From NCBI GenBank assembly GCA_013153965.1, contig JAADDJ010000014.1, forward strand, positions 1-55,805: a stretch of 55,805 nucleotides of DNA, in the 5' to 3' direction. The translations under genes and the position numbers were made by a program. The notes under the pieces are model-generated. The model was not told where the DNA came from and did not search any database. It saw only the letters and a program-made list of their open reading frames with translations. This stretch comes from Thermotogota bacterium. GTDB taxonomy: Bacteria > Hydrothermota > Hydrothermia > LBFQ01. Positions within the stretch are counted from its first letter, which is position 1. Each line of letters opens with the position of its first letter. Below, piece after piece: positions 9,836-22,024 of this stretch.

Positions 9836-12361
9836 TTAGAGTGCGGCAAGCTCCCGCTTGGGCTTGAATACGGGCTCCCTCTTGTGCGGGTCAATGTCCG
9901 CCACCACCTCGTCCCCCTCCTTTATCTCCCCGGCTATCAGGAGCTCGGAGAGGGGCTCCTCTATGTACTTGCGTATCACCCGCCGCAGGGGTCTGGCCCC
10001 GTACTCGGGATTGTACCCCTCATCAACGAGGAACTCCTTGAAGCGGGGTGTGAGCTCCAAGGTGATGTGCTTCTCGCCGAGACGCTCCCGGAGGTCCCGT
10101 AGCATTATCTCCACTATCTTCAGCAGGTCCTCCCTCTCCAGAGGTCGGAAGATGATGATCTCGTCAAGACGGTTTATGAACTCGGGTGGCAGGGTGCGCT
10201 TTATCTCGGCCATGAGCAGGTCCCTCATCGTGGAGAAGTCGTACTCCCTCTGGGACGTATCCACGTCAAATCCCATCCTCCGGGCCTCCCTTATCCGCTT
10301 CACGCCTATGTTGCTGGTCATTATTATGATGGTGTTGCGGAAGGAGACCCTCCTGCCGAGGCCATCGGTCAGTATGCCGTCCTCCAAAACCTGCAGCAGG
10401 ACGTTCAGAACCTCTGGATGGGCCTTCTCTATCTCGTCCAAAAGGACGACGGAGTACGGGCGACGCTTGACGGCCTCCGTCAGCTGGCCCCCCTCCTCGT
10501 ATCCCACGTATCCCGGAGGGGCACCTATCAGGCGGGACACGCTGTGCCTTTCCATGTACTCGGACATATCTATGCGCACCAGGGCCTTCTCGCTCCCGAA
10601 CATGAACTCGGCCAGAGCCTTGGCCAACTCGGTCTTACCCACGCCGGTGGGACCCAAGAAGAGGAAGGAGCCTATGGGTCTGCGGGTGTCCTTTATGCCG
10701 GACCTCGCTCTCCTTATGGCCTTGGCCAGAGCCGATATGGCTTCGTCCTGACCCACCACCCTCTTGCGAAGCTCCTCCTCCAGATGCAGCAGACGGCGGG
10801 ACTCGTCGTACGTTATCTGGGATACGGGGATCCCCGTCCAGCGGGCGACGACACGGGCCACATCCTCATCCGTGACGGTGGGTCTGTTGCCGAGCTCCAG
10901 CTCCCTTAGCTGCTCCTTCAGCAGTCTCTCACGCTGCTCCAGATGCTCTATGGTCGTCCTCTGCCTCGTCGTGGATATCTCCTTCAGCTTGCGTATCTTC
11001 TCCAGCTCGCCCCGGAGAATGTTGATCTTGGATTGGACCTCGCTGTTGTGCTCGCGCAGCTTCACGGCCGCCCCGGCCTCATCCATGAGATCTATCGCCT
11101 TATCGGGAAGGTTGCGGTCCGTAATGTACTTGTCCGACAGCTTCACGGCCGCCTCTATGGCCTCGTCCGTGTATTTCACCCGGTGGAAATCCTCGTAGCG
11201 GGGACGCAGGTGTCGGAGTATCTCTATGGCCTCATCCACCGTGGGCGGCTCCACATACACGGGCTGGAAGCGGCGCTCCAAGGCCCCGTCATGCTCTATG
11301 TACTTCTTGTACTCATCAACGGTGGTGGCCCCGATTATCTGTATCTGCCCCCTCGCCAGAGCCGGCTTGAGGATGTTGGCCGCATCCAAAGCGCCCTCCG
11401 CCGCTCCGGCACCCACGAGGGTGTGCAGCTCGTCTATAAAGAGTATCACGTCGGGGGCGTTGGTCACCTCGTTGATTATGGCCTTTATCCGCTCCTCAAA
11501 CTGCCCCCTGTACTTCGTACCGGCGACCACTCCGGCGAGATCAAGGGCCACGATGCGCTTGTTCTTCAAACTCTCGGGAACCTCCCCCCTGACTATCCTC
11601 TGGGCCAAACCCTCAACTATGGCCGTCTTACCCACTCCGGGCTCTCCCAAGAGGACGGGGTTGTTCTTCTTGCGGCGCGATAGGATGTGTATCACCCTCT
11701 CTATCTCCCTCTCCCTTCCGACCACCGGGTCAAGCTTGCCCTCGCGGGCCAACTTGGTGAGGTCCACGGAGAACTGGTCCAGCGTGCGGGTGGTACTCCG
11801 CTGGTGGCGCCGGGATAGCCGCCGGCGGGAGGCTCCGGACGTGTCGTCCAAGGTGAAGCGGTGGGGGAATTCAAAGCCCGAGTAGGGGGATATGTTGTCG
11901 TCGTGGCGACCCATCTCCCGCAGACGCACTATCTCCTGACGGACCCACTCGGACGTTATGCCGAAGCGATTCCTGAGAACCTGCGACGGATAGGAGTTCC
12001 GCTCCTCAACTATGCCGAGGAGGATGTGCTCGGTACCCACCAGATTGCTCCTCATCCGGCGGGCCTCCTCCACAGCTATGTTCAGGACCCTCTTGGCCGT
12101 GGCCGACAGGGGTATCTCCTGCGGGAAGGTCCTCCTCTTGGGACCCTTGGTCAAACCCCTCTCAATCTCCTCCCGGAGCTCGTTGAGGTCAACGCCGAAG
12201 TTGGTCAGGATGGTGGAGGCCATACACTCCTTTATGCGGGTGATGGCGAGGAGCAGATGCTCGGCGCTCATGTAGTCGTGGTTGAAGTTCATGGCCTCCT
12301 GACGCGCCACCATTAGGAGGCGACGCGCCTTATCCGTGAAGCTGGGACTTCCCATGAACAT
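9836..12361 (-). CDS. clpC: ATP-dependent Clp protease ATP-binding subunit (ClpC-type)
   Basis: Clp N repeats, two AAA modules ([16 protein letters not shown]), short coiled-coil middle domain, MGF ClpP-binding loop. Confidence 0.93.
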   Translation of the reverse strand: MFMGSPSFTDKARRLLMVARQEAMNFNHDYMSAEHLLLAITRIKECMASTILTNFGVDLNELREEIERGLTKGPKRRTFPQEIPLSATAKRVLNIAVEEARRMRSNLVGTEHILLGIVEERNSYPSQVLRNRFGITSEWVRQEIVRLREMGRHDDNISPYSGFEFPHRFTLDDTSGASRRRLSRRHQRSTTRTLDQFSVDLTKLAREGKLDPVVGREREIERVIHILSRRKKNNPVLLGEPGVGKTAIVEGLAQRIVRGEVPESLKNKRIVALDLAGVVAGTKYRGQFEERIKAIINEVTNAPDVILFIDELHTLVGAGAAEGALDAANILKPALARGQIQIIGATTVDEYKKYIEHDGALERRFQPVYVEPPTVDEAIEILRHLRPRYEDFHRVKYTDEAIEAAVKLSDKYITDRNLPDKAIDLMDEAGAAVKLREHNSEVQSKINILRGELEKIRKLKEISTTRQRTTIEHLEQRERLLKEQLRELELGNRPTVTDEDVARVVARWTGIPVSQITYDESRRLLHLEEELRKRVVGQDEAISALAKAIRRARSGIKDTRRPIGSFLFLGPTGVGKTELAKALAEFMFGSEKALVRIDMSEYMERHSVSRLIGAPPGYVGYEEGGQLTEAVKRRPYSVVLLDEIEKAHPEVLNVLLQVLEDGILTDGLGRRVSFRNTIIIMTSNIGVKRIREARRMGFDVDTSQREYDFSTMRDLLMAEIKRTLPPEFINRLDEIIIFRPLEREDLLKIVEIMLRDLRERLGEKHITLELTPRFKEFLVDEGYNPEYGARPLRRVIRKYIEEPLSELLIAGEIKEGDEVVADIDPHKREPVFKPKRELAAL

Positions 12362-12364
12362 ACC

Positions 12365-12973
12365 TTATTTCACCCCCTTGAGAAGTTTCGCCCTCCTCAA
12401 AAGCGCCTCGGCGTCCTCCCTGTAGGGCGAATCGTAGTTCTCGGCCACATCCTTGAGGATGCCGTAGGCCTCATCGTACCTGCCCTCGTTGAGGAGGACC
12501 TGAGCCCTCCTCACCCTAAAGTAATCCTTGACCGTTATGTACTCGGTGGTACCCTCACCGTCCTTCAGCATCCTCACGCCGTCATCTACGCTTCCGGCGC
12601 TCATCTTGAAGGATGCGCCGTAGGAGTAGTACGCCCCCTTGAGGATGGGATTCTTCGCATCCTTGAGGAACTTCACGTAGCCGGCCGCGGACTTCTCCTT
12701 ACCCTGGAAGAGCTCGGCCAGCATCAGGTCAAGGGCTGCCATCCTGCCCCAGAAGGTCTTGGGGGAGGAGGATACGAGGGTCTTCAGGAGATTGAGGGCG
12801 TTGGGATCCCCCATCATCGCACGGATGTAGAGGACCTGAACATCCTGCTGCTTCTTCCTGTTCTGGTTGAGGTAGTATATCCCACCCCCGATGAGGAGGA
12901 GAAGGATGGCGGCACCCAAAATGACGTTGTCCCTGTTTTCCTTCACGTAGGCCAAAATCTTCTGCACGTCCAT
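12365..12973 (-). CDS. Membrane-anchored TPR protein (YfgM-like)
   Basis: One N-terminal TM helix followed by helical TPR-like repeats. Confidence 0.65.
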   Translation of the reverse strand: MDVQKILAYVKENRDNVILGAAILLLLIGGGIYYLNQNRKKQQDVQVLYIRAMMGDPNALNLLKTLVSSSPKTFWGRMAALDLMLAELFQGKEKSAAGYVKFLKDAKNPILKGAYYSYGASFKMSAGSVDDGVRMLKDGEGTTEYITVKDYFRVRRAQVLLNEGRYDEAYGILKDVAENYDSPYREDAEALLRRAKLLKGVK

Positions 12974-13008
12974 GAGATAGTATTATACAGGAGGGGAAAG
13001 TCGGAACT

Positions 13009-14217
13009 CTAATCCCTCAACCTCACGAAGAGTAGGAGGGAGAGGGTCAGGGCGCCGACCGTCGCCAGCCCCAACCCAACGCCGAGGGCATCGGCCAAGA
13101 GCCCCAGCAGAGGAGCCAGAAGGGCCGCGTAGAGCGTCCTGACGCTGCTCTCAACGCTCAAGGCCGTGGCCAGCTCATCGTCGGGGACGGTCCCTGCTAT
13201 GTAGGAGAGGGTTATGGGACGACGCACGTTCTGGACCACGTACAGACCCACGAACATAACCACGGAGAGCCACACCAAAGACACATGGTGGAAGAGGCCC
13301 GCCAGTATGACGAAACCGCTCCCGAGGGCGTACGTGAAGTTTATGGCCACCGCCTCCCTACCCTTGAACATCCCCTTTATCCGATGGGCATTCTCGGAGG
13401 CGAAGGAGGTCGTAAGGTATATGAGCGCATAGACTGCTCCTATGAGGATGGCCGTCCTCCTATCGCCGCTCATATAGAGCAGAATCGGGAGGGAGAGGGC
13501 GAGACTCTTGAGTACGGGTTGCAGGTAATCCTTGGTTCCCCTGAACATACCCATGAAGAGGGAGGAGTTGAAGAGTACCCGTAGGTACCTGCCCTCACGG
13601 ATGAAACTCAGGAGGGACAGACCCCTCCGCCGCCCACGGACGACCTCGTCCAACTCCCGCGGATACGTGGCTAAATTGACGAGATTTATCAGGTAGGGGA
13701 TGGCGCTGACGGCGAATATCCACCTGTACGTCTCCGTGAAGAAGACCAGAGCAGCCGCCAGAAGCACGTTGATGGCCGAGCCCCTCTGCGACCACGCCCT
13801 CGTACCTCCGTAGTACTCCACCTTCAGGTGGGACCATCCCCTCCTCCGCAGGTGGGCCATTATGAGAGCCTTGTGAGTCCCGCTCCGCAGGGCGTCGCCG
13901 AGACCGTACAGGAACATGGCGACGGCGAAGGGCCAGAAGCCCGTCATGAACGTGAATACGGCGAAGGAGACGATATACACGACCATAGACAGGACCATGG
14001 TTATCCGCCGCCCCACCGTATCCGCCAATATCCCCGTCGGAACGTCCAGCAGATTGGTCGTGATCTCCCGGACGGCGTACAGTACGCCTATCTGGAAGAA
14101 GGACATACCCTGCTCACGGAAGAATAGGAGGAGGAAGGGCTCAAACAGGCGCAGATTCTTGAGGAAACCGTAGGCGGAGAACCGCCAGAACATCCTATCC
14201 TTCGTCCAACCTTCCAA
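13009..14217 (-). CDS. MFS transporter
   Basis: About 12 TM segments with motif [11 protein letters not shown]. Confidence 0.9.
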   Translation of the reverse strand: MEGWTKDRMFWRFSAYGFLKNLRLFEPFLLLFFREQGMSFFQIGVLYAVREITTNLLDVPTGILADTVGRRITMVLSMVVYIVSFAVFTFMTGFWPFAVAMFLYGLGDALRSGTHKALIMAHLRRRGWSHLKVEYYGGTRAWSQRGSAINVLLAAALVFFTETYRWIFAVSAIPYLINLVNLATYPRELDEVVRGRRRGLSLLSFIREGRYLRVLFNSSLFMGMFRGTKDYLQPVLKSLALSLPILLYMSGDRRTAILIGAVYALIYLTTSFASENAHRIKGMFKGREAVAINFTYALGSGFVILAGLFHHVSLVWLSVVMFVGLYVVQNVRRPITLSYIAGTVPDDELATALSVESSVRTLYAALLAPLLGLLADALGVGLGLATVGALTLSLLLFVRLRD

Positions 14218-14256
14218 GAGGATATTCTAAGTCCTCCCCACCGTAGAATAGACCCC

Positions 14257-15186
14257 GTGGCCTTCAAAGTTCTTCTGGCTAAGCCGCGGGGGTTCTGCGC
14301 CGGTGTGGATAGGGCGATAACCATAGTGGAGAGGGTTTTGGAGAAGTTCGGACCCCCCGTCTATGTGAGGCACGCCATAGTGCATAACCGCCACGTGGTG
14401 GATAGCCTCCGCGCCAAGGGGGTCATATTCGTTGAGGACGTGAGGGAGATTCCCCCCGGCTCCATAGTGATATTCTCGGCCCACGGGGTATCGCCGGCGG
14501 TGATAGAGGAGGCTCGCCGCCGCAATCTACGGATGATAGACGCCACCTGCCCCCTCGTCCATAAGGTCCATAGGGAGGTGCGCCGATTCGCCTCGCAGGG
14601 CTACACCATCATCCTCATAGGCCACAGGGGACACGTGGAGGTGGAGGGTACGATGGGGGAGGCGCCGGATAGGGTTATACTCGTTGAGACGGTTGAAGAT
14701 GCCGAGCGGGTTCAGGTGCCGGACCCGAGTCGGGTGGCCCTCACGACCCAGACCACCCTCTCGGTTGATGACACCAGGGAGATCGTGGAGGTCCTAAAGC
14801 GTCGTTTCCCCAACATAGTCCTCCCGAAGGCCAACGACATATGCTACGCCACCCAGAATCGTCAGGATGCCGTGAAGCGCCTCGCCCAGTTGAGCGACGT
14901 GATACTGGTGATAGGTTCCAAGGAGAGCTCCAACTCCAACAGGCTGCGGGAGGTGGCCGAGAGGTACGGGGTTCCCTCCTACCTGGTAGAGGACGAGAAC
15001 GCCATAGATGAGAGTATGCTCGCCGGAGCGAGGGTGGTGGGCATAACGTCGGGAGCCTCAACCCCCGAGGTTCTGGTGAGCAGGGTCGTGGAGCGGCTCA
15101 GGGGGATGGGAGCCACGGAGGTTGAGGAGTTGGAGGGAGTGAGGGAGAACATCCGATTCGCCCTACCGAAAGAGCTTCAGGGATGA
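14257..15186 (+). CDS. ispH: 4-hydroxy-3-methylbut-2-enyl diphosphate reductase
   Basis: [33 protein letters not shown]. Confidence 0.97.
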   Translation: MAFKVLLAKPRGFCAGVDRAITIVERVLEKFGPPVYVRHAIVHNRHVVDSLRAKGVIFVEDVREIPPGSIVIFSAHGVSPAVIEEARRRNLRMIDATCPLVHKVHREVRRFASQGYTIILIGHRGHVEVEGTMGEAPDRVILVETVEDAERVQVPDPSRVALTTQTTLSVDDTREIVEVLKRRFPNIVLPKANDICYATQNRQDAVKRLAQLSDVILVIGSKESSNSNRLREVAERYGVPSYLVEDENAIDESMLAGARVVGITSGASTPEVLVSRVVERLRGMGATEVEELEGVRENIRFALPKELQG

Positions 15187-16052
15187 AAGTTCAGGCTATA
15201 GTCAATCCCGTATCCCGCTCCGGAAAGAAGGTATTCAAGGCCTTCAAGCCCCTCCTAAAGGGCAAATTCGTCCTTGAGGAGACATTCACGGAGTACAGGG
15301 GCCACGCCACCGAGTTGGCGGCCGAGAGCGACGCCGAGCTGATATTCGTCTTCGGCGGGGATGGGACCCTCAACGAGGTCGTGAATGGACTGGTCCATAA
15401 CGTGCGATTCCCCCTCGTGGCCCCCACCTTCGGAGGGAGCGGATGCGACATAGCCCGGAGCTTAAAGATAGAGAAGAATCCGAAGAGGCGGGTGGAGGAG
15501 GTCATCCGCAAGATGGAGAGCGGAGGCTCCCACCGGGTATTCTTGAGCCGGGTGGATACGGCGGACGGGGGGAGATTCTTCATAGGCGTATCCGACGCCG
15601 GCTTCGGGGCGGAGGTGGCCCTGAGGTTTGACCGTTGGAGGCGGCTGGGGAGGATGGGATACGCCATAGCCGTCCTTGAGACCCTAAAAAACTTCAAGTC
15701 CCGAAAGGTACGATTCCGTGCGGACGACGACGTCTATTCCATGGACATCACAATGGTAGTGTTCGCCCGCACCCCCTACTTCGGCGGCGGCATGCTCATA
15801 TCCCCCAACTCCGACCCCGTATCCAGAGAGGCGAAGGTGATCCTCCTGAAGGATGTGGGCAAACTGCGATTCCTCGCCAACTTCCCCAAGGTCTATTCCG
15901 GAGAGCATCTGAAGATGGACGAGGTGGTGGAGCTGACGGTGAAGAACCTCTACATAGACAGCCCGGGGCTTCCCGTTGAGGCGGAGGGTGAATTCGTGGG
16001 ACGCACACCCGCCATATACACCATCACCGAGGCCTACGTCAATTTCGTCTAA
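15183..16052 (+). CDS. Diacylglycerol/lipid kinase family protein
   Basis: [24 protein letters not shown]. Confidence 0.88.
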   Translation: MKVQAIVNPVSRSGKKVFKAFKPLLKGKFVLEETFTEYRGHATELAAESDAELIFVFGGDGTLNEVVNGLVHNVRFPLVAPTFGGSGCDIARSLKIEKNPKRRVEEVIRKMESGGSHRVFLSRVDTADGGRFFIGVSDAGFGAEVALRFDRWRRLGRMGYAIAVLETLKNFKSRKVRFRADDDVYSMDITMVVFARTPYFGGGMLISPNSDPVSREAKVILLKDVGKLRFLANFPKVYSGEHLKMDEVVELTVKNLYIDSPGLPVEAEGEFVGRTPAIYTITEAYVNFV

Positions 16053-17071
16053 AGGACCTCCCGCAGAATCTCCAAGAGGGGCAGGACGAGCAGAAGATAG
16101 AAGAGGGGACGGGACCATCTACCGGGGGGACCGGCCCACCCCATGCGGTACATCTCAACCCAAGCCACGGCCATGGACAGGGTGGCGAAGAATCCCCAGC
16201 GGAAGTAGTCTATGCCGAGGAGGAACATCAGCAGGGGGGCGAGGGGGATGAGCCTGCACAGGATGGGCGCTCGCGAACTCGTCCAGAAGAGATACGCGTA
16301 GGCTCCCATGAGACCGAGGGTCGCGACGAAACCGAAGGCGAAGGTCTTCAGGGCATCCCCCGAGGAGGACAGGAAGGTTCCGTAGAAGTAGAGGGTGTTC
16401 TCAAGGGGGGAGCTCGTGAGCGGTATCAGAGCCTGCTCCGCCGAAAGTCCCCTCTCGGCCAGAATCCTCTCAAGGAGGGGGAGAATCTCCGGCCCCGGCG
16501 ATATGAGACGCAGAGCGACGAGCACGCCGACGCCGACGGCGACGTTCAGGGCCAACAGGCCGTACCTCCTTCGCAACAGCAGAACGGTGATGAGGGCCGG
16601 GAGGCCTAAGAGCAGGTACCCTTCATGTATGAGGATGGCCACAGCCGTGAAGCCGAAGCTCAACTTGGGCAGAAGTAGGGATGCCATGAGGAGCGAGGCC
16701 AAGAGTACGTCGGTCCTGCCCAGGTCATCCCCAAGGTGGAGACCCGTGAAGGGGGAGAGGACGAAGAGGATGAGGAATGGCACGAACAGAGGCCTATCCT
16801 TCACGCGCGCGGCGAACAGATAGAAGAGGGTAAAGAAGAGGATGACGGCGAGGGTGTATATGAGAAGGACGACCCCGCGGGTGGGTTCCACCCCCAGAAG
16901 GTGAAGGAGAGTTCCCACCAGCGCCCTCCTGAAGACACCGTACGAATAGCTCAGCACGTAGGGGACCATGTTCCAATCGCTGATGGGGGGCTCCCCCTTG
17001 AGCATATCAACACCGGCGGAGACGAGATAGAGCGATAGGGAGGCCGTCATGTAGGCCGTGAAGGTCCTCAA
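16049..17071 (-). CDS. Polytopic membrane protein of unknown function (possibly GT-C-like)
   Basis: Multiple TM helices with YSYGVFRRAL, IHEG and GIDYFRW motifs. TTG start 6 nt after TAGAAT. Confidence 0.65.
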   Translation of the reverse strand: MRTFTAYMTASLSLYLVSAGVDMLKGEPPISDWNMVPYVLSYSYGVFRRALVGTLLHLLGVEPTRGVVLLIYTLAVILFFTLFYLFAARVKDRPLFVPFLILFVLSPFTGLHLGDDLGRTDVLLASLLMASLLLPKLSFGFTAVAILIHEGYLLLGLPALITVLLLRRRYGLLALNVAVGVGVLVALRLISPGPEILPLLERILAERGLSAEQALIPLTSSPLENTLYFYGTFLSSSGDALKTFAFGFVATLGLMGAYAYLFWTSSRAPILCRLIPLAPLLMFLLGIDYFRWGFFATLSMAVAWVEMYRMGWAGPPGRWSRPLFYLLLVLPLLEILREVL

Positions 17072-17120
17072 GGCGGGATTCTACGGCCAACACGAGGGTT
17101 ATCCGTAAAATGACTACCTG

Positions 17121-18431
17121 ATGCGTTTTAGACTTTCGGACGTCGCGAGGATCACCGGAGGGGTCCTGATGGGAGGGGATGCAGAATTCATCGGCGTATC
17201 CGTTGATAGCCGGAAGGTGAAGCCGGGCCAACTCTTCGTGGCCCTCAAGGGGGAGAGGGCCGACGGACACGACTTCGTGGCCGACGCCATGGCCAAGGGG
17301 GCGGTGGCGGCCCTGATTGAGAGGGTGGTTCCGGGGACGACGAGGGGAGTGGTCGTTGAGAGTGTGGAGGAGGCTCTGAGGAAGCTGACCTCCCACGCGA
17401 GGGACCTCTTCGGGGGTCAGGTTGTGGCCGTCCTCGGGGCCGTCGGGAAGACGACAACCAAGGAGATGCTCCTGCAGACCCTGCGGGGAACTTTCAACGT
17501 GGCCGGCCCCATCAAGAGCTTCAACAACCTCATCGGGGTGGCCCTCACCGTCCTGAACACCACCGGAGAGGAGGACGTATGGGTCCTTGAGCTCGGGACC
17601 AACCGGAAGGGGGAGATAGATGCTCTAGCCTCCATAACGCGGCCCGACCATCTCCTATACACCCGCCTCGGTCCGGAGCATCTGGAGGGACTGGGGAGCA
17701 CCTATGGGGCCGTGATGGAGGAGTACTCGGCCATACCCCACGCCCGGGGATTCATCCTCATCCCCGACGACGCCCCCCACTTCCCGGAGAGGTTTCATTA
17801 TCGGTACGGATTCGTTGAGGGACCCCACTTCCGCGGTGAGAACCTGCGCTTGAGCCCTAAGGGGGCCGAATTCATATTCAAGGGCAATCAGGTCTTCGTA
17901 CCGTACCCACACGTGGGGTTCGCCGAGAATGCCCTGGCCACCCTATCGCTCTGCGACCTGCTCGGAGTGCCCCTAAAGGACGCCGTGGAGGCTCTGCGCC
18001 GATTCAAGGGCCAACCCATGCGCATGGAGATAATACGCATGCACGGCTACGACCTCATAAACGACGCGTACAACTCCAACCCCCTGTCGGTTCAGGCCCT
18101 CCTAAAGTCCATCTCCCTCCTGTATCCGGACGGAAAAATCCTCTTCGTCTTCGGAGACATGCTGGAGCTCGGCGATGAGGCCGAGTACTGGCACAGGTGG
18201 GCCGGGGGGAAGATGTGCGAGTTCGGCATCTCGTACGTTGTGGGGTACGGCGATATGGCGAAGTTCGTAGTGGAGGAGGCGAAGAGATGCGGAGTTCCGG
18301 GCCACGTGGCCTCAAGCCACGAGGAGATAGCCCGCTTCGTATCCTCTTCCGATTACGACGTGGTGGTGGTCAAGGGCTCAAGGGGCATGCGGATGGAGGA
18401 GGTCGTCAATAGGCTACTCGGCGGAGCGTAG
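17121..18431 (+). CDS. murF: UDP-MurNAc-tripeptide--D-Ala-D-Ala ligase
   Basis: DSR..LFVALKGERADGHDF, GAVGKTTTKE, SFNNLIG, NDAYNSNP, GDMLELG, VKGSRGM. Confidence 0.95.
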   Translation: MRFRLSDVARITGGVLMGGDAEFIGVSVDSRKVKPGQLFVALKGERADGHDFVADAMAKGAVAALIERVVPGTTRGVVVESVEEALRKLTSHARDLFGGQVVAVLGAVGKTTTKEMLLQTLRGTFNVAGPIKSFNNLIGVALTVLNTTGEEDVWVLELGTNRKGEIDALASITRPDHLLYTRLGPEHLEGLGSTYGAVMEEYSAIPHARGFILIPDDAPHFPERFHYRYGFVEGPHFRGENLRLSPKGAEFIFKGNQVFVPYPHVGFAENALATLSLCDLLGVPLKDAVEALRRFKGQPMRMEIIRMHGYDLINDAYNSNPLSVQALLKSISLLYPDGKILFVFGDMLELGDEAEYWHRWAGGKMCEFGISYVVGYGDMAKFVVEEAKRCGVPGHVASSHEEIARFVSSSDYDVVVVKGSRGMRMEEVVNRLLGGA

Positions 18432-19034
18432 GCTACGGGCGCACTCCCCCGAGAGGGGGCATACGTCGCATCGCGGCCGCCGGCCGCAGTACCTTTTGCC
18501 CAGCTCATCCAAGAGGGCGTGCATCTCCCTCAGGTAGAATAGGTCATCCTCAACGTGCAATCTCCTCCTAAGCTCGTCGTCGGAGACCTTTGTGCCGAAG
18601 AATCGCTCGGCCCATCGTCGGGTGTATCCATCCAACACGAAGACCGGTATGCCGTATCCGTAGAGAAGTATGACGTCCGCCGTCTCCTCCCCCACCCCGA
18701 AGATACCCAAAAGCTCCTCCCTCGTCGGAATGTGGCCGTCGGAGAGGAGAGCGTTGGCCTCCCTCAACGTTCTAATCTTGCGGGATTTGTAGGGTACCGG
18801 TCCCAAAGCCCTCCGAAGCGTGGCCTCGTCGGCCGAGGCTATGGCCTCCAAGGACGTCAGTCCCGCCCTCTCAAGTTCCCTCAGAGCCCCCTCCACGTTC
18901 CTCCATCGGGTCCCCTGCGTGAGGACGGCCCCGACTATGATCTCGTCCCTGTGGGCCCCCGCTCTCCAGAGCCTCGGCCACCACCTCTGGGGCCCGAAAT
19001 GGCACAGCAGCTTGAGAAATACCCTATAGGCCAC
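18414..19034 (-). CDS. Endonuclease III-like HhH-GPD glycosylase
   Basis: GAVLTQGTRW, GVGEETADVILLY, C-terminal CGRRPRCDVCPLSGEC Fe-S motif. Confidence 0.88.
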   Translation of the reverse strand: MAYRVFLKLLCHFGPQRWWPRLWRAGAHRDEIIVGAVLTQGTRWRNVEGALRELERAGLTSLEAIASADEATLRRALGPVPYKSRKIRTLREANALLSDGHIPTREELLGIFGVGEETADVILLYGYGIPVFVLDGYTRRWAERFFGTKVSDDELRRRLHVEDDLFYLREMHALLDELGKRYCGRRPRCDVCPLSGECARSLRSAE

Positions 19035-19512
19035 CCCGCCGCATCCTCTGAAGGTGCGCGGCCACGGGTGCGGGCACGAAGTTGGAGACGTCTCCCCCGA
19101 GGGAGAATATCTCCTTCACGAAGGAGGAGGACAGGTACGCGTACTTCTCCGACGATAGCAGGAATACGGTCTCCAGCTCGGGATACAACTTCTTGTTCAT
19201 CCACGCCATCTTCATCTCGTACTCGTAGTCGGAGACTGCCCTTATCCCCCGGACCACCACCCGTATCCCCTCCTCCCGGGCGAACTCAACCAGAAGCTTG
19301 CAGAAGCCCTTGACCTCCACGTTGGGCAGGTGTCTCACGCTCTCCTCAACCAGCATGACCCTCACGTCCTGTGGAAGGAGGGGGGTCTTGTGTCGGGGGT
19401 CGGCGACGGCTATGAGGACCCGACCGAAGAGTTTGGAGGCCCGCTCCACGATATCCAGATGCCCCAGAGTGAAGGGATCAAACGTCCCGGCGTATATTGC
19501 CGCGTTGTACAT
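19024..19512 (-). CDS. coaD: Phosphopantetheine adenylyltransferase
   Basis: GTFDPFTLGH, RGIRAVSDYEYE, SSSFVKE. Confidence 0.96.
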   Translation of the reverse strand: MYNAAIYAGTFDPFTLGHLDIVERASKLFGRVLIAVADPRHKTPLLPQDVRVMLVEESVRHLPNVEVKGFCKLLVEFAREEGIRVVVRGIRAVSDYEYEMKMAWMNKKLYPELETVFLLSSEKYAYLSSSFVKEIFSLGGDVSNFVPAPVAAHLQRMRRGGL

Positions 19513-19546
19513 CCGTTCTATTCTACGCAGGTTGAACGCCCCCGTG

Positions 19547-20854
19547 CTAAAGGAGACGCTCCAGCTCCCTCAGGTTGAAGACGGAAATCGTCTCCACCCC
19601 CTCGTACCTCTCCGACGTCGGGGCGTATATGCGCTTGAATCCGAGCCTCCGCGCCTCGTTGGCCCTTAGGGAGAGGTCCGGGGGGGCTCGGAACTCCCCC
19701 GATAGGGACACCTCACCGATGAATACGCCGGCGTTGTCCGCGGGGACATTCTTCAGGGAGGAGAGGAGGGAGGCGGCCACGGCCATATCGCCGTAGGGCT
19801 CATCTATCCTCAGGCCTCCGCTTACGTTCAGATACACGTCCCTCTTTCCCAACTTCAGGTTGAGCCGCTTCTCTATGAGGGCGAGGACGATGGCCAATCT
19901 CTTGGGGTCGTATCCGACGCTGTAGCGCACGGGGACCGGATAGTAGGAGTAATGCACGAGAGACTGCACCTCAACGACCAACTTCACGCTCCCCTTGGAC
20001 ACCACACCGTAGGCCACCCCCACCCTCGCCTCCTTGGATGGGGAGGCGAAGAAGAGGGAGGGATCATCTATGGGGAGCATCCCGGCGGAGGTCATCTGGA
20101 AGAACGCCACCTCATCCGCGGGACCGAAGCGGTTCTTGCTCGCCCGGAGCACGCGCAGCGGCGAGCTCCTCTCCCCCTCCAGATAGAGGACCACATCTAC
20201 TATATGCTCCAGCGTCTTGGGGCCGGCCACGTGGCCGGCCTTGGTGATGTGGCCCGACATCATCACGGTTATGCCCCTCTCCTTGGCCAGACGGAACAGT
20301 CTGTCGGCGCAGAATCTGACCTGCGAGACGGATCCGGCCGGAGAGTTGAGGTCCTCGGTATATACGGCCTGTATGGAATCAACGAGGAGCAGGTCCGTAT
20401 CCTCGGGTATGCCGGAGAGCAGGGCATCTATGCTCTCACCCTCCGTTATGAGTATCTCGGGCGATACGCCCATCCTTCGCGCCCTCTGACCCACCTGAGC
20501 CGCCGACTCCTCCGCCGCCAGCAGGAGGGGCTTTTTGCCACGCTTGACGAATCCGTCCGCCACCTGAAGGAAGAGGGTGGATTTTCCCACCCCCGGACTC
20601 CCGGCGAGCAGGATAACGCTACCGCTGACCATACCGCCCCCCAGAACCCTATCCAACCCCTCTATCCCGGTGGGAACCCTCTCAAATCCCTCCGTGGATA
20701 TCTCCTTGAGTCGCCGAACGGCCAGATCCCCCTTACTCTTCGTCCTCCTCCCATCCGCCTCGGTCTCGGGCCGCATGGTCCCCCACTCTCCGCAGTTCGG
20801 ACACTTACCCAGATACTTTATGCTCCGATATCCGCAGACGCTACAGACGTACAA
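19547..20854 (-). CDS. radA: DNA repair protein RadA/Sms
   Basis: CxxC..CPNC zinc finger, GSPGVGKST, KNRFG, Lon-like C-terminus. Confidence 0.96.
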   Translation of the reverse strand: MYVCSVCGYRSIKYLGKCPNCGEWGTMRPETEADGRRTKSKGDLAVRRLKEISTEGFERVPTGIEGLDRVLGGGMVSGSVILLAGSPGVGKSTLFLQVADGFVKRGKKPLLLAAEESAAQVGQRARRMGVSPEILITEGESIDALLSGIPEDTDLLLVDSIQAVYTEDLNSPAGSVSQVRFCADRLFRLAKERGITVMMSGHITKAGHVAGPKTLEHIVDVVLYLEGERSSPLRVLRASKNRFGPADEVAFFQMTSAGMLPIDDPSLFFASPSKEARVGVAYGVVSKGSVKLVVEVQSLVHYSYYPVPVRYSVGYDPKRLAIVLALIEKRLNLKLGKRDVYLNVSGGLRIDEPYGDMAVAASLLSSLKNVPADNAGVFIGEVSLSGEFRAPPDLSLRANEARRLGFKRIYAPTSERYEGVETISVFNLRELERLL

Positions 20855-20860
20855 CTTACG

Positions 20861-21571
20861 CTATTCTACGGCGGAGAGTGCCCTTCGCGACAGCATCTTG
20901 AGGAAGGTGTGAAGGTCAAAGACACCTTCCCCCACCCGAACCCGGGTGCATCTCCTCTCCCTCATGATACGCAGAACGTCCATAACGGAGGCATCCTCCG
21001 ACATCTCGGCGCATGCGTCCCCCCCCTCAACCGCGTAGGTGTGGGCCGGCGAGTAGAAGGCTCCCATGGCCTCGGCGGCGAACTTGAGGTCCACCTCCCC
21101 TATCCTACCGCTCAGGTACGCGAGGATCATGTCTATCACCTCCTCCCGGCTGTACTTGGATCGTAGGATACTCTTGGCCAGCTTAGTTATGAGGAGCAGA
21201 TGGGAGAGGAAGTAGAAGACGAGGAAGGGGTAAAGCTCCAGGCGGAAGACCCTGTCAAGGTGGGATATGGCCAGCAGTTTCGGGAAGAAGTCGCCGAATA
21301 CGGCGAAGGTCAGGGCTGCTATGACGCCGGAGAGAACTATGACGCCGGGGACGTGAAGGGAGGAGAGTATATCGTACAGGGATATGGAGCCGAAGACGAG
21401 GGCGACGGTATTCCAGAAGAGGACGGTGGCCAGAACCCCGGTACGGTCGTGGAGGATGTCGTCAAACTTCCCGGCGTTGAAGAAAGGGGCCTTTCGCACG
21501 TAGGCCATCTCAAAGGAGGACATGAGCATTGAGAGGAGCAGGGAGAGGATGAAGACCACCACGTTCAACAA
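20861..21571 (-). CDS. Truncated CNNM/DUF21 (CorB-like) membrane protein
   Basis: SSFEMAY, LATVLFWNT, FGDFFPKLLA and a degenerate single CBS-like tail. Confidence 0.7.
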   Translation of the reverse strand: MLNVVVFILSLLLSMLMSSFEMAYVRKAPFFNAGKFDDILHDRTGVLATVLFWNTVALVFGSISLYDILSSLHVPGVIVLSGVIAALTFAVFGDFFPKLLAISHLDRVFRLELYPFLVFYFLSHLLLITKLAKSILRSKYSREEVIDMILAYLSGRIGEVDLKFAAEAMGAFYSPAHTYAVEGGDACAEMSEDASVMDVLRIMRERRCTRVRVGEGVFDLHTFLKMLSRRALSAVE

Positions 21572-21591
21572 ATCTTTGGATTTTAAAGGTG

Positions 21592-21909
21592 CTAAATCAA
21601 GGCGTAATCTATGAACGTGTCAAAGAGCGTCCTCACCACCTTGTCCGTGGGGGATGAGCCGTCGGTAGTTTCCAACGTATCGTACAGCACGACCGTATCG
21701 CCCACCTGCACCATGAAGGTGTTTGAGCGGAAGGAGCATCTCAAGGTGCGCCCGAGCCGACCCCTACCCTCCATGACGAGGGCGATACCCGTCCCGTTGC
21801 TCTCTATCGTGAGCCTCGGAGGGGGAAGACCGTGGAGCTCCATCACCCGTATGATCTCACGCCTCACGCTCCTGACGAGGTGCAGTATGAACCTTCGCTG
21901 TACATCCAT
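21592..21909 (-). CDS. Hypothetical protein
   Basis: 105-aa ORF filling the gap between genes. No recognised motif. Confidence 0.55.
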   Translation of the reverse strand: MDVQRRFILHLVRSVRREIIRVMELHGLPPPRLTIESNGTGIALVMEGRGRLGRTLRCSFRSNTFMVQVGDTVVLYDTLETTDGSSPTDKVVRTLFDTFIDYALI

Positions 21910-22024
21910 GCGTCGGAACTTAGATGATAGCGGCGACGCATCTTATGTATGCTAAATTTTCTGCAAGCGTTTGGGGGAGTGGCTAAGGATTTTCAAAAAA
22001 TCCCGACTTCGCCCCCGGCGAGCG